Below are positions 29,723 through 38,827 of a DNA stretch of 64,000 bases, one piece after another; position 1 is the stretch's first letter, and every line of letters starts with the position of its first letter. Below the pieces are notes generated by a model, which was not told the DNA's origin, searched no databases, and saw only the letters and a program-made list of their open reading frames with translations. Location of the stretch: the IMG/VR virus record IMGVR_UViG_3300035670_000187, positions 1,697 to 65,696 of that record. One strand, given 5' to 3'. The position numbers were made by a program, and so were the translations under genes. The stretch comes from a virus (taxonomy: Duplodnaviria > Caudoviricetes).

Positions 29723-32593
29723 ATGCCTCTAGCAGCCACAACTCTTCGAAAAACTCGCGTAAAAGCTGGTTCTGTTACTTTTAACAGTAGCGGTGTATGG
29801 GTCATTCCATTCGGCGTTCGAAAAATCAATATTACTGGAACAGGTGGTAATGGTAACGCAGGTAATCCTGGAAATCCAGGAGTAAATGGAACTGGCGGAA
29901 CAGGAGGTGTTGGTGGTAATGGCGGAACTGCTGGTAGTGCTGGCAATCCTGGAGCGCAAGGTAATACAGGTCAACCTGGGAATCCTGGAATAAATGGATC
30001 AGGTGGTGCTGGTGGCGCAGGTGGTAATGCTGGCAACCCAGGAGCTCAAGGTAATTCGGGTCAACCAGGAACCAATGGTGCTGGCGGTGCTGGTGGCGCA
30101 GGTGGTAATGCTGGCAACCCAGGAGCACAAGGAAATGCTGGAAACCCTGGTATAAATGGATCAGGTGGCGCTGGAGGTGCTGGTGGTAATGCTGGCAACC
30201 CAGGAGCACAAGGAAATGCTGGTAATCCTGGGGTAAATGGTAACGGAGGAGCTGGAGGTGCTGGTGGAGCAAGAGGTAATGCTGGTAACCCAGGAGCTCA
30301 AGGACAACCAGGAAATGCTGGAAATCCAGGCATAAATGGCGCAAGAGGCAATGGTGGTTTTGGTGCTAATGGTGGTAATGCAGGAGGCGGAGGTCAAGGT
30401 GGTTTAAACACAGGTTATAACACCAATCAAGGTCAACCTGTTCCTGCTGCAGCAAACGGTAACACAGGCGTTAATGGTAATCCTTTTGGAAATATAGGGT
30501 TCCCTAGTTTTGGTACTGGTGGAACATTTGGTGCAGGTAATACTAACAATGCTGGTGGTTTTTGTGCACCTAGCGGTAACGCTGGCGGCGGTGGTAATGC
30601 TGGATCAGGTGGATCAGGAAACCCTGGCAACTCTGGAAATGCTGGAGCAGCAGGTAATGTTGGCAGCGCAGGTAGTCCTGGCGCTAACGGGAGTGGAGCC
30701 AACCCAGGACAACCAGGAGCAGGTGGTCAACCTGGCAATGCAGGTGCCAACGGAAATCCAGGAAATACAGGTGCTTCAGGTAGTGGCGCTAACTCGGGTG
30801 CTGCTGGTCAACCAGGATCTGCTGGCGCCAACGGAAATCCAGGAAACACAGGCGCCAGTGGAAGTGGAGCAAATCCTGGTGCTGCAGGTCAACCAGGATC
30901 TGCTGGTGCTAATGGCGCACCAGGAAACACAGGCGCCAGTGGAAGTGGAGCAAATCCAGGTGCTGCTGGTCAACCAGGATCTGCTGGGGCGAATGGCAAT
31001 GCTGGAGCTGCTGGTAATACAGGAGCTGCAGGAAATGCTGGAACAGGGGCAACTAATGGTAATGCAGGACAACCAGGAAACCCTGGCAATGCAGGAGCAA
31101 CAGGCAATGCTGGTTCTGCAGGAAACGCAGGTAATGCTACAACATTAGTAGCTGGATCATCTGTTACATTTTCATCTATATCTTTGCCAGGTGGCGCAGG
31201 AGGTAATGCTGGAGCTGCTGGCGCAGGAGGTAATGCTGGTCAACCAGGAAATGCTGGAGCTGCAGGAAATCCTGGAATAAACGGATCAGGCGGTAATGGT
31301 GGTGCTGGAGGCGCTGGTGGTGCTCGAGGTAATGCTGGCAATCCAGGTACTGCTGGAAATGCTGGTCAACCAGGAACCAATGGCGTCGGAGGTGCTGGGG
31401 GTGCTGGTGGTAATGCTGGTAACCCAGGAGCTCAAGGTAATTCGGGTCAACCAGGAACCAATGGCGTTGGTGGTGCTGGGGGAGCAAGAGGTAATGCTGG
31501 TAACCCAGGAGCTCAAGGCAACTCTGGTCAACCAGGAACCAATGGATCAGGTGGTGCTGGTGGTGCTCGCGGCAATGCTGGAAATCCTGGAAATCAAGGA
31601 CAACCAGGAGGCGGCGGCAATCCAGGCGCTAATGGTAACGGAGGAGCTGGTGGTGCAGCGGGAAATGCTGGGGGCGCAGGAAATCCAGGGCAACCAGGAA
31701 ATGCTGGCACTCCAGGTGGCGGCGGCGGTGGCGGCGGTGGCGGCGGCGGTGGCTCTTCAACTTACTATGCCTTCAATTTCTTTACTTACAATTTTGACTT
31801 TATCTGGTGTCCAGGACAAGCAGGTGGTGCTGGTGGTGCTGGTGGAAATCCAGGCAGCGGTGGTGGCGGATCAGGGGGTGTGGCTACCAGTTCTCAAGAT
31901 GGTACACTAAGAGGACAACCAGGAAATGCTGGACAACCAGGAACAGCTGGTCCTGAAGGTAATCCTGGTGTTGATGGAAGTGGAGCATCATCAGGTGGTG
32001 CAGGTGGAACAGGACAACCAGGAAATGCTGGCGCTAATGGTAATGCCGGAAGCCCAGGAGGAGCAGGAAATTCAGGCTTCGGAGCAAATTCAGGTTCCGC
32101 AGGTCAACCAGGAAGTTCTGGTTCTAATGGTGCTGGAGGCAATCTGGGCGCAAGTGGTAATGGAGCAAATTCAGGTTCCGCAGGTCAACCAGGATCTGCT
32201 GGTTCCAATGGTGCTGGAGGCAATTTAGGTGCTAGTGGCTCCGGAGCAAATTCAGGTTCCGCAGGTCAACCAGGATCTGCTGGTTCCAATGGTGCTGGAG
32301 GCAATCTGGGCGCAAGTGGTAATGGTGCTAACCCAGGACAACCAGGATCCGCAGGTCAACCAGGAAACGCTGGAACTTCAGGATCTGCAGGAAATCCTGG
32401 AGCAGCAGGAAATCCAGGTGCAAATGGCAGCGGAGCAACACCAGGAACAGCAGGTGGCTCTGGTGGCATAGCAAGTGTAGTTAATACTTCTACTGTAATG
32501 CAAAAAACAGTTTCAAGGGGAGCAACTACAACAATTACAGTTGGTACTGGTTCCTCAACAGGTTCTATTACTATTAATTGGCCAAACCAATAA
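29723..32593 (+). CDS. Giant Gly-X-X repeat protein (polyglycine-II/collagen-like; probable fibre-tip adhesin)
   Basis: N-terminal VTFNSSGVWVIPFGVRKINITGTGG and C-terminal TITVGTG..GSITINW typical of phage glycine-rich domains, interrupted by four Gly-X-X arms. Confidence 0.85.
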   Translation: MPLAATTLRKTRVKAGSVTFNSSGVWVIPFGVRKINITGTGGNGNAGNPGNPGVNGTGGTGGVGGNGGTAGSAGNPGAQGNTGQPGNPGINGSGGAGGAGGNAGNPGAQGNSGQPGTNGAGGAGGAGGNAGNPGAQGNAGNPGINGSGGAGGAGGNAGNPGAQGNAGNPGVNGNGGAGGAGGARGNAGNPGAQGQPGNAGNPGINGARGNGGFGANGGNAGGGGQGGLNTGYNTNQGQPVPAAANGNTGVNGNPFGNIGFPSFGTGGTFGAGNTNNAGGFCAPSGNAGGGGNAGSGGSGNPGNSGNAGAAGNVGSAGSPGANGSGANPGQPGAGGQPGNAGANGNPGNTGASGSGANSGAAGQPGSAGANGNPGNTGASGSGANPGAAGQPGSAGANGAPGNTGASGSGANPGAAGQPGSAGANGNAGAAGNTGAAGNAGTGATNGNAGQPGNPGNAGATGNAGSAGNAGNATTLVAGSSVTFSSISLPGGAGGNAGAAGAGGNAGQPGNAGAAGNPGINGSGGNGGAGGAGGARGNAGNPGTAGNAGQPGTNGVGGAGGAGGNAGNPGAQGNSGQPGTNGVGGAGGARGNAGNPGAQGNSGQPGTNGSGGAGGARGNAGNPGNQGQPGGGGNPGANGNGGAGGAAGNAGGAGNPGQPGNAGTPGGGGGGGGGGGGGSSTYYAFNFFTYNFDFIWCPGQAGGAGGAGGNPGSGGGGSGGVATSSQDGTLRGQPGNAGQPGTAGPEGNPGVDGSGASSGGAGGTGQPGNAGANGNAGSPGGAGNSGFGANSGSAGQPGSSGSNGAGGNLGASGNGANSGSAGQPGSAGSNGAGGNLGASGSGANSGSAGQPGSAGSNGAGGNLGASGNGANPGQPGSAGQPGNAGTSGSAGNPGAAGNPGANGSGATPGTAGGSGGIASVVNTSTVMQKTVSRGATTTITVGTGSSTGSITINWPNQ
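29990..32326 (+). repeat. Four blocks of three 81-bp (27-aa) tandem repeats
   Basis: Blocks at 29990-30232, 30725-30967, 31316-31558 and 32084-32326. Confidence 0.85.
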
Positions 32594-32604
32594 AAACAAT
32601 AAGT

Positions 32605-32633
32605 TTGCTATGTTATAGATTATAGCCTATAAT
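32605..32633 (+). promoter_or_regulatory. sigma70-type promoter
   Basis: TTGCTA-17 nt-TATAAT in the intergenic gap, followed by GGAG and ATG at 32655. Confidence 0.7.
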
Positions 32634-32654
32634 TATGGTTTCAATGGAGTGACT

Positions 32655-33383
32655 ATGCTTTTCGAAAATCTAAAATCTGTAATAAAAACTCCGACCATAG
32701 AATTTTTGTGCGAAGAAGATTTGTTTGGGATGATGCCTGAACCTTATCCTGCACGCAAATTCATGCCAGAATGGTTCAAGGAGTTACCGCCTAAATTGAA
32801 TCGAGAAAACAAAATTGAGAACAGCACAATAAAGCGATGTGCTCCTGTTCTAGATGCAATGTCTGTGGGTTGGATCATACCTCTTTGCGGCGATGTTGAA
32901 TTTATTTCAAATAATAATGCCAGTGGAGTCAATTACAAGTGGACTTTCATGAGAACATTGGTTGAAAATCATAATGTTGACCAAATTTCTACACAAAAAG
33001 CTCCGCATCCCCAAACGCCCAAACCACCTATGAAATTTTTGAACTATTGGGCTATCAAAGTTCCTAAAGGATATTCAGTATTATTCGTCCCACCTCTAAA
33101 CAGACAAGACCCAAGATTTACATGCATGTCTGGATTTGTAGATTGCGATGGATATTTTGAATACATCAACTTCCCGTTTTTCTTCAATATCCCAAGTTAT
33201 ACTGGCATTGTGGAAGCAGGGGTTCCATTGGTTCAGGCTATCCCAATCAAAAGAGACGGGATCATTCAAAGGTCTAATGTTCGAAAGTTTAACAAACAAG
33301 ATCATGAGGATTTAGACACTACTCGAAAGAGAAGAAAGTCGCATGAAAGCATTTATCGTGATTTTATATGGAATAGAAAATAA
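32655..33383 (+). CDS. Conserved-type phage hypothetical protein (TIKRCxPxLDA type) often found beside 2OG-Fe(II) oxygenases
   Basis: PEPYPA..MPEWFK, TIKRCAPVLDAM..GWIIPL, KFLNYW.IK.PKGYSVLF.PPLN, SGFVDCD, G.PLVQ.IPIKR; ATG 5 nt after GGAG is preferred to the GTG at 32649. Confidence 0.7.
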   Translation: MLFENLKSVIKTPTIEFLCEEDLFGMMPEPYPARKFMPEWFKELPPKLNRENKIENSTIKRCAPVLDAMSVGWIIPLCGDVEFISNNNASGVNYKWTFMRTLVENHNVDQISTQKAPHPQTPKPPMKFLNYWAIKVPKGYSVLFVPPLNRQDPRFTCMSGFVDCDGYFEYINFPFFFNIPSYTGIVEAGVPLVQAIPIKRDGIIQRSNVRKFNKQDHEDLDTTRKRRKSHESIYRDFIWNRK

Positions 33384-33982
33384 TGAGTGTATATAATTTT
33401 GCACCATCGCCAGATCTTGCAACAAAAGAGGAATCATTTGCTACCTGGGAAAATGGCTTCTCAGAAGAACAAATTTCTGAGATAATTCGTATAGGCGACA
33501 GCTTGAATCCAACACTAGCTACAGTTGGAGGAATGAAATCTGGGCAAGATATTAGCGATGTTCGAGAGTCCTTGACCTCATGGATTAAACTTAACGATCA
33601 AACTGCATGGTTGTACGATTCTATGGCGTATATAGCCAGACAAATTAATGGTCAGTTTTTTGAGTTTGATTTGGCAGGTTTCTGCGAAGATTTTCAGTAT
33701 ACAGTATATCATTCAAATAATAGTCATTATAATTGGCATCTAGATCGCGGTCCTAATACTGTAGCGCCTCGAAAACTTTCTATGGTACTACAATTATCTG
33801 ATCCCAGCGAGTATGATGGTGGGGATTTAGAATTGTTTATAGCCCCAAATCCGACGGTTGCTACTCGTAAAAAGGGATTAATATACATTTTTCCTTCCTG
33901 GGTTCTTCATCGAGTGACGCCAGTGACTCGTGGAATAAGAAAATCTCTTGTAATTTGGATAACTGGTCCTAAATTTAAATAA
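33383..33982 (+). CDS. 2OG-Fe(II) oxygenase, prolyl-4-hydroxylase-like
   Basis: HxD in YNWHLD, RKLSMVLQLS..EYDGGDL, FPSWVLHRVTPVTRGIRKSLVIW (distal His and 2OG-binding Arg). Confidence 0.92.
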   Translation: MSVYNFAPSPDLATKEESFATWENGFSEEQISEIIRIGDSLNPTLATVGGMKSGQDISDVRESLTSWIKLNDQTAWLYDSMAYIARQINGQFFEFDLAGFCEDFQYTVYHSNNSHYNWHLDRGPNTVAPRKLSMVLQLSDPSEYDGGDLELFIAPNPTVATRKKGLIYIFPSWVLHRVTPVTRGIRKSLVIWITGPKFK

Positions 33983-33989
33983 ATATCAA

Positions 33990-34175
33990 ATGGACACAAA
34001 TAACACAAACGAAACTAGAACCTACCCAGTAGACCCTAATGCATTACGCCGATTTGAAATATGTCAGGCGTGTAAATATTACATTGCAGAAAAAACTCAA
34101 TGCGATCTGTGCGGATGTAATATCAAAGCAACCTTAAATGAAGAGAAGGGCAACTGCCCAATAGGTAAGTGGTGA
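33990..34175 (+). CDS. Small Cys-rich putative metal-binding protein
   Basis: RRFEICQAC...CDLCGC...CPIGKW. Confidence 0.75.
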   Translation: MDTNNTNETRTYPVDPNALRRFEICQACKYYIAEKTQCDLCGCNIKATLNEEKGNCPIGKW

Positions 34176-34176
34176 A

Positions 34177-34932
34177 ATGATTTATTGCAAAGAAAGAAAA
34201 CTAGGAATATTTATGAACCCAAAAACGGGTTCGCACACTATTAGTAAAACATTTAAAAACATTTCCGTCACAAAAAACACTAGAGATCATTCCAATTATG
34301 TAATGGCTTTAGATTACGCAGAATTACCAGATTTTAACACATTTAAATTTTATTGTTTTTATCGTGATCCAATAGATCGTTTTAACAGTGGCTTTAAATT
34401 TTATAAACGCTACGCATATGCGCATTGTTTAAGAACGTTTTTCTCAAGCGAGCTTATGACAGAATCTATGAAGCAAATTTCAAAGGCTAAGTACGATAAA
34501 TTGCTTCATATGAATAAGAAGTATGACGAAGAATATCTTTGGCTATCACAAGATTTAAAGGACAAAATTGAATCTATTACTGTTTCTCAACTTTTAAATC
34601 ATTTTACATATGAAAAAATAAACGGTAATCCTACACCAGAAGAAGTCTATAAAGGCGCTTTTCAAGAGACGCCTAGTCCATTTATCAATCAGCGTTTTTG
34701 GTTAGATCATGATATCGATTTAACACTATTAAACTTTGCTTCTTTCGAAGAAGAACTAAAAACATTAGTAAGTCTATTCGGAGTTACTCTTGAAACCGTA
34801 AGTCAAGAAAATCGTAATTTGGTTGTTGAGAATGAATATGTTTTAACGCAAGAAGATATAAGTTTAATAAAACAATTTTACAAACCTGATTATGATTTTT
34901 TTGCATCTAAAGGTATCACTTTCGACATTTAA
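34177..34932 (+). CDS. Sulfotransferase-family protein (Sulfotransfer_2-like)
   Basis: 5'-PSB-like PKTGSHT, 3'-PB-like RDPIDRFNS, C-terminal FYKPDYDFF. Confidence 0.8.
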   Translation: MIYCKERKLGIFMNPKTGSHTISKTFKNISVTKNTRDHSNYVMALDYAELPDFNTFKFYCFYRDPIDRFNSGFKFYKRYAYAHCLRTFFSSELMTESMKQISKAKYDKLLHMNKKYDEEYLWLSQDLKDKIESITVSQLLNHFTYEKINGNPTPEEVYKGAFQETPSPFINQRFWLDHDIDLTLLNFASFEEELKTLVSLFGVTLETVSQENRNLVVENEYVLTQEDISLIKQFYKPDYDFFASKGITFDI

Positions 34933-34938
34933 TAAATA
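34931..34938 (+). promoter_or_regulatory. Late-promoter variant AATAAATA
   Basis: One mismatch to TATAAATA, at the start of the fibre array. Confidence 0.5.
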
Positions 34939-34976
34939 CAATTTGGTTCCACTCACTTTTATAGAAGAATTCTTTC

Positions 34977-35309
34977 ATGCCATACGCAGAACTCACCATA
35001 GACCAAGGCACAACCTTCGAATCTTTCTTAGATTTAGTCGCTGATGATGGAACTGCAATTAATGTGGCAGGTTATGTTTTTTCAGGTGAAATTCGTAAAT
35101 CCTATTATTCCTCCAACTCTACTGCAAACTTAATTATCACCATCAGTAATGCCGCCAATGGTAATGTTTTAATAACTCTGGATGCTGCTAACACCGCTAA
35201 TATCACTCCAGGAAGATATCTCTATGACGTGAAAATGATTGACACTGCCAACACTGTGACTCGAATAGTAGAGGGGATTATTACTGTAACTCCGCAAGTC
35301 ACGAGATAA
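34977..35309 (+). CDS. Small virion adaptor protein (IDQGTTF type)
   Basis: LTIDQGTTF, IRKSYYS, GRYLYDV, RIVEGIITVTPQVTR. Confidence 0.75.
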   Translation: MPYAELTIDQGTTFESFLDLVADDGTAINVAGYVFSGEIRKSYYSSNSTANLIITISNAANGNVLITLDAANTANITPGRYLYDVKMIDTANTVTRIVEGIITVTPQVTR

Positions 35310-35312
35310 TAA

Positions 35313-35513
35313 ATGAAAGTAACAGTTTCCAATAAAAATAATATAGGGCGAGTTACTTTCGGTAAAATTGCTAAAGTTGGTTCTATACAGTTATCAGAGA
35401 TCTCAGACGTCGATCTTACTATAAAGCAAGATGGCGATGTGTTGGTGTATCAAGCCAATACAAATACTTATGTGGTCAAAACTCTACCTAAAATCGATGG
35501 TGGAGAATTTTAA
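35313..35513 (+). CDS. Small fibre-associated protein
   Basis: LSEISDVD...DGDVLVY repeat unit and C-terminal IDGGEF; stop overlaps the next start. Confidence 0.7.
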   Translation: MKVTVSNKNNIGRVTFGKIAKVGSIQLSEISDVDLTIKQDGDVLVYQANTNTYVVKTLPKIDGGEF

Positions 35514-36559
35514 TGACTGATACTATTATTCAAATACGTCGTTCTGATGCTAATATTGCTCCTGCTAATCTTGCAGAAGGCGAACTTGCGTATTCCTATT
35601 TAAGCAACACACTTTTTATAGGAAATAGCACCAATGCAGTCATTAACATTGGTGGCAGTTATTATACTGATGACCTAGATTTAGCTACTGCTGCTAACAG
35701 CGCATCAACTATAGTCAAAAGATTCGCTAATGGAACATCGCAATTTCATCAGTTAGATATTTCAGTTGTTCCTACTGCTAACACTCATGTCGCGACCAAA
35801 TTTTACGTCGACAATGCAATTTTAAACGACATTTCTCTGGATACTTTAACTGATGTTATAGTTGTTGGCGGTATTCCATCAGATCAAAATAATAGAATTT
35901 TAATTGGAACAGCAAACGGTAATTATATTACTCGAGATGTGAGTGGTAATGTAAGAATTTCCAACACTGGCGTCGTTACAATTGGAGTCGGGCAAGTTAC
36001 AGGTCCTATGCTCGCCAATGTATTGGTTGGCAGCAAAACGTTTACTAACAACATTAGCGTCAATGAAGATTTAACTGTTTCTGGAAATCTAACTGTTCTA
36101 GGAAACACAACGACTATTAACGTAGAAACGTTGGTCGTCGAAGATTCGCTAATTCGTTTAGCCTCTAACAATTTAAATGATAATATCGATATCGGTTTTT
36201 ATGGTATTTTTAATGGGAATACCAAAACTGGATTGTTTAGAGATTCTTCGGACGGCACTTTCAAACTATTTACAGACTACAGTGGCGACCTATCTTCCAA
36301 TGTAGTCAGCGGTATAATTAACTTAGCCACAATTCAAGCTAATGTTATAGCACCTCTTGCAAATATTACAACTGCTAATGTCGGAACATTGTCAGTTAAT
36401 TCTTCTGATTTTGGTGAAATTAATGTATCAGGAAATGTGCAAATTTCTCAAGATTTAAAGGTGAATGGTAATATTGCATTTATCAATGCAACCAACGTTG
36501 TGGTTGCTTATACATACTATAATGATGCAACAGAAAGCATCGATACTGTTTTTGTGTGA
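35513..36559 (+). CDS. Tail fibre protein with IQIRR...LAEGELAY N-terminal domain
   Basis: Mtd_N/hyaluronidase-N-like start, ATKFYVD, GNTTTINVETLVVEDSLI.LA module. Confidence 0.75.
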   Translation: MTDTIIQIRRSDANIAPANLAEGELAYSYLSNTLFIGNSTNAVINIGGSYYTDDLDLATAANSASTIVKRFANGTSQFHQLDISVVPTANTHVATKFYVDNAILNDISLDTLTDVIVVGGIPSDQNNRILIGTANGNYITRDVSGNVRISNTGVVTIGVGQVTGPMLANVLVGSKTFTNNISVNEDLTVSGNLTVLGNTTTINVETLVVEDSLIRLASNNLNDNIDIGFYGIFNGNTKTGLFRDSSDGTFKLFTDYSGDLSSNVVSGIINLATIQANVIAPLANITTANVGTLSVNSSDFGEINVSGNVQISQDLKVNGNIAFINATNVVVAYTYYNDATESIDTVFV

Positions 36560-36561
36560 TT

Positions 36562-36780
36562 ATGACAACCGCAACTAGACTTACATCAAACGGAACATTA
36601 CTCATTACAGGTTACTTCGACGAAGTGACGCAAAACACCATATCAGCCAATGCTGCTGTTGTGACAAGTAGTGAGTTTGACGAAGTGACACTCGCTTCAG
36701 ATGGCATTAATATTGCAAGAAGATATACCAAAGACGGTAAGACATTAGTTTACACTGAACTGGATGAAGTTTCACTCTAA
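36562..36780 (+). CDS. Small protein with three (F/L)DEV motifs
   Basis: RLTSNGTL...YFDEVT...EFDEVT...ELDEVS; ATG at 36562 preferred to GTG at 36556. Confidence 0.65.
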   Translation: MTTATRLTSNGTLLITGYFDEVTQNTISANAAVVTSSEFDEVTLASDGINIARRYTKDGKTLVYTELDEVSL

Positions 36781-36794
36781 GGGTTTAGAATTTT

Positions 36795-37202
36795 ATGGCA
36801 AAACTTAAAGATGGTACACGAGTTTATGGAGAATTAACCGTTGATACAGAGGTCAATGCTGTAACGGTGAATTTTGGTCCTTATGACCTTACCAGCAATA
36901 CATTTTCTTCTTCATCAAATACGACCTTTGAAGTTGATAGTTTTGCCTCTGCCGATTATTCTACTGTAAAATACATCGTTCAGGTAAAAACTGGGTCATC
37001 ATTGCACTCAACTGAACTATTTTGCATTCAAGATGGCGTTACAACCTATATGACAGAGTATGCAACGCTCATTACAGGATATCCACTTGGAAATTTCACT
37101 ATTGATTTGTCTGGAGGGAGAATGAGACTCCTTTTTACTCCCGATAATCCTCTTGGAAATCTCTTAAATTTTAAAGTTATTCGATATACCGTGACTTCTT
37201 AA
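36795..37202 (+). CDS. Small fibre tip/adaptor domain protein
   Basis: DSF...YSTVKYIVQV...STE...QDG.T.YMTEY; paralogous to the C-terminus of 37280-38827. Confidence 0.75.
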   Translation: MAKLKDGTRVYGELTVDTEVNAVTVNFGPYDLTSNTFSSSSNTTFEVDSFASADYSTVKYIVQVKTGSSLHSTELFCIQDGVTTYMTEYATLITGYPLGNFTIDLSGGRMRLLFTPDNPLGNLLNFKVIRYTVTS

Positions 37203-37228
37203 TGTTTAAATTTGAAACTTTGCAAATA

Positions 37229-37236
37229 CCTAAATA
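37229..37236 (+). promoter_or_regulatory. Late-promoter variant CCTAAATA
   Basis: TAAATA core in the intergenic gap. Confidence 0.45.
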
Positions 37237-37279
37237 ATAGAAGTAAAATTTTCGTTTCCCACATTAGGAATTCTAAAAG

Positions 37280-38827
37280 ATGGCAACACTAAACAGAACA
37301 TTTAGCGTTCGAAATGGTATCGACGTTGCAAATACAATTATCGTCGATGCTAACCGAAATATCTCGAATATCCCGAACGCCAATATCACTACAGCAAATA
37401 TCGCGACGCTAAATGTAAATGCAGCTGGCGCGTTAGCTGTTGTCGCAAATGCTACAATTAACAATACAGCGATTACTAATGCTCAGATTACATTCCTAAA
37501 TGTAACCACTCAAGCTAACTCGCTCGCTTCTAACATTGTAACAGCTAACATTGCGACGTTAAACGTTAATGCTCCTGGTGCAACGGCTAACATTGCCACT
37601 GCAAATATTATTAATCTGTATTCTAGCACTGCTAACGTTCATACGATTAATGCTAACACAATTATCACAACAGAAGGCTTGAATCTTATTGACCAAGCCA
37701 ATGCTGCAGCTAACTTGGTGGCTGTGTATGCCAATGACTCGCTCGTTATTGCTAATGCTAATGTAAACTTCAATAACTCTGAAAGCATTAATGTTTCTGC
37801 TACTATACACAATACAGCCAAGGCTGCTAATATTGATTTCAGTTTAAATACTGCTTCAATTGTTTCCGTAGGTCGCCCAACTGCTCCATTGACTTTGGCT
37901 TCAAATGTCACAGTCGACAAGGATATGACGGTCACAGGAAACCTCTTTATTCTTGGTAACACGACTACTGTCAACACTGAAACACTTGTTGTTGAAGACT
38001 CGCTCATCAAGCTCGCTTCAAACAATACTTCTGATGCTGTTGATATTGGTTTCTATGGTGTGTATAACACTTCTGATAAAGCTGGTTTGTTCCGCGATTC
38101 TACGGATGGCAAATTCAAGCTCTTCAGAGATTATCAAGGCGATTTAACAGCCAACGTAATTGTTGGTAGCACAAATACTGCAACGCTCGTTGCTAATCTT
38201 GAAGCTGCACTTATCAATGTAACCACTGCAAACATTTCAGGTCTTGAAGTTACAACTAGTGCTGAACTTGAAAAAATTAATGTCGCAACAACTGCTAACG
38301 TTGGAACAACATTGGAAGTCGGCGGTAACGTTAATCTGTATGCAAATCTAAACGTTACCAATAATGTGGTAATGTCGCAAAATGCGAATGTTACTGGAAC
38401 ATTAAACGTCGGCTCAGTTTCTGACTTCGGTGCTAAAGTTACGATTACTACTGCAGGTGAAGGTTTAGAAGTTGCGAATGCAAATGTAACAAATTACTTG
38501 ACCGTTGGAACATTAAATGTTACAACCAACACCGTAGTTACATCTTCTTCTGGACAAGTTGTTCTAGATACTTTTGCAACAACTGATCATGCATCAGCTA
38601 AGTATTTTGTTCAAGCAAATAGTGGATCTGACTTCACAACTACAGAAGTCATACTAGTACAAGATGGTACGAATGTTTGGTTAACAGAGTATGGTACACT
38701 ACAAACAGGACCATCTCTTGGAACATTCTCAGCAGACATTGATAGTGGCGATGTAAGACTACTATTTACAGCAAATAATAACGTAAATACAATCCGCTCA
38801 GTAAGATATGGTGTACTAGTTCCGTAA
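37280..38827 (+). CDS. Tail fibre protein
   Basis: RTFSVRNGIDV N-terminus, TANI repeats, VEDSLIKLA module, C-terminal SAKYFVQ...QDGTNVWLTEYG. Confidence 0.8.
   Translation: MATLNRTFSVRNGIDVANTIIVDANRNISNIPNANITTANIATLNVNAAGALAVVANATINNTAITNAQITFLNVTTQANSLASNIVTANIATLNVNAPGATANIATANIINLYSSTANVHTINANTIITTEGLNLIDQANAAANLVAVYANDSLVIANANVNFNNSESINVSATIHNTAKAANIDFSLNTASIVSVGRPTAPLTLASNVTVDKDMTVTGNLFILGNTTTVNTETLVVEDSLIKLASNNTSDAVDIGFYGVYNTSDKAGLFRDSTDGKFKLFRDYQGDLTANVIVGSTNTATLVANLEAALINVTTANISGLEVTTSAELEKINVATTANVGTTLEVGGNVNLYANLNVTNNVVMSQNANVTGTLNVGSVSDFGAKVTITTAGEGLEVANANVTNYLTVGTLNVTTNTVVTSSSGQVVLDTFATTDHASAKYFVQANSGSDFTTTEVILVQDGTNVWLTEYGTLQTGPSLGTFSADIDSGDVRLLFTANNNVNTIRSVRYGVLVP

Noticed and set aside
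29990-32326. 81-bp and 21-bp repeats as a CRISPR array
   Set aside because: In-frame coding repeats with synonymous variation, no unique spacers and no cas genes
29719-32471. Many alternate-frame and antisense ORFs over the Gly-rich gene
   Set aside because: Expected from stop-poor GGN/GCN/AAY repeats; no independent coding signal
35513-36559. Diversity-generating retroelement suggested by the Mtd-like N-terminus
   Set aside because: No reverse transcriptase and no template/variable repeat pair seen in the window
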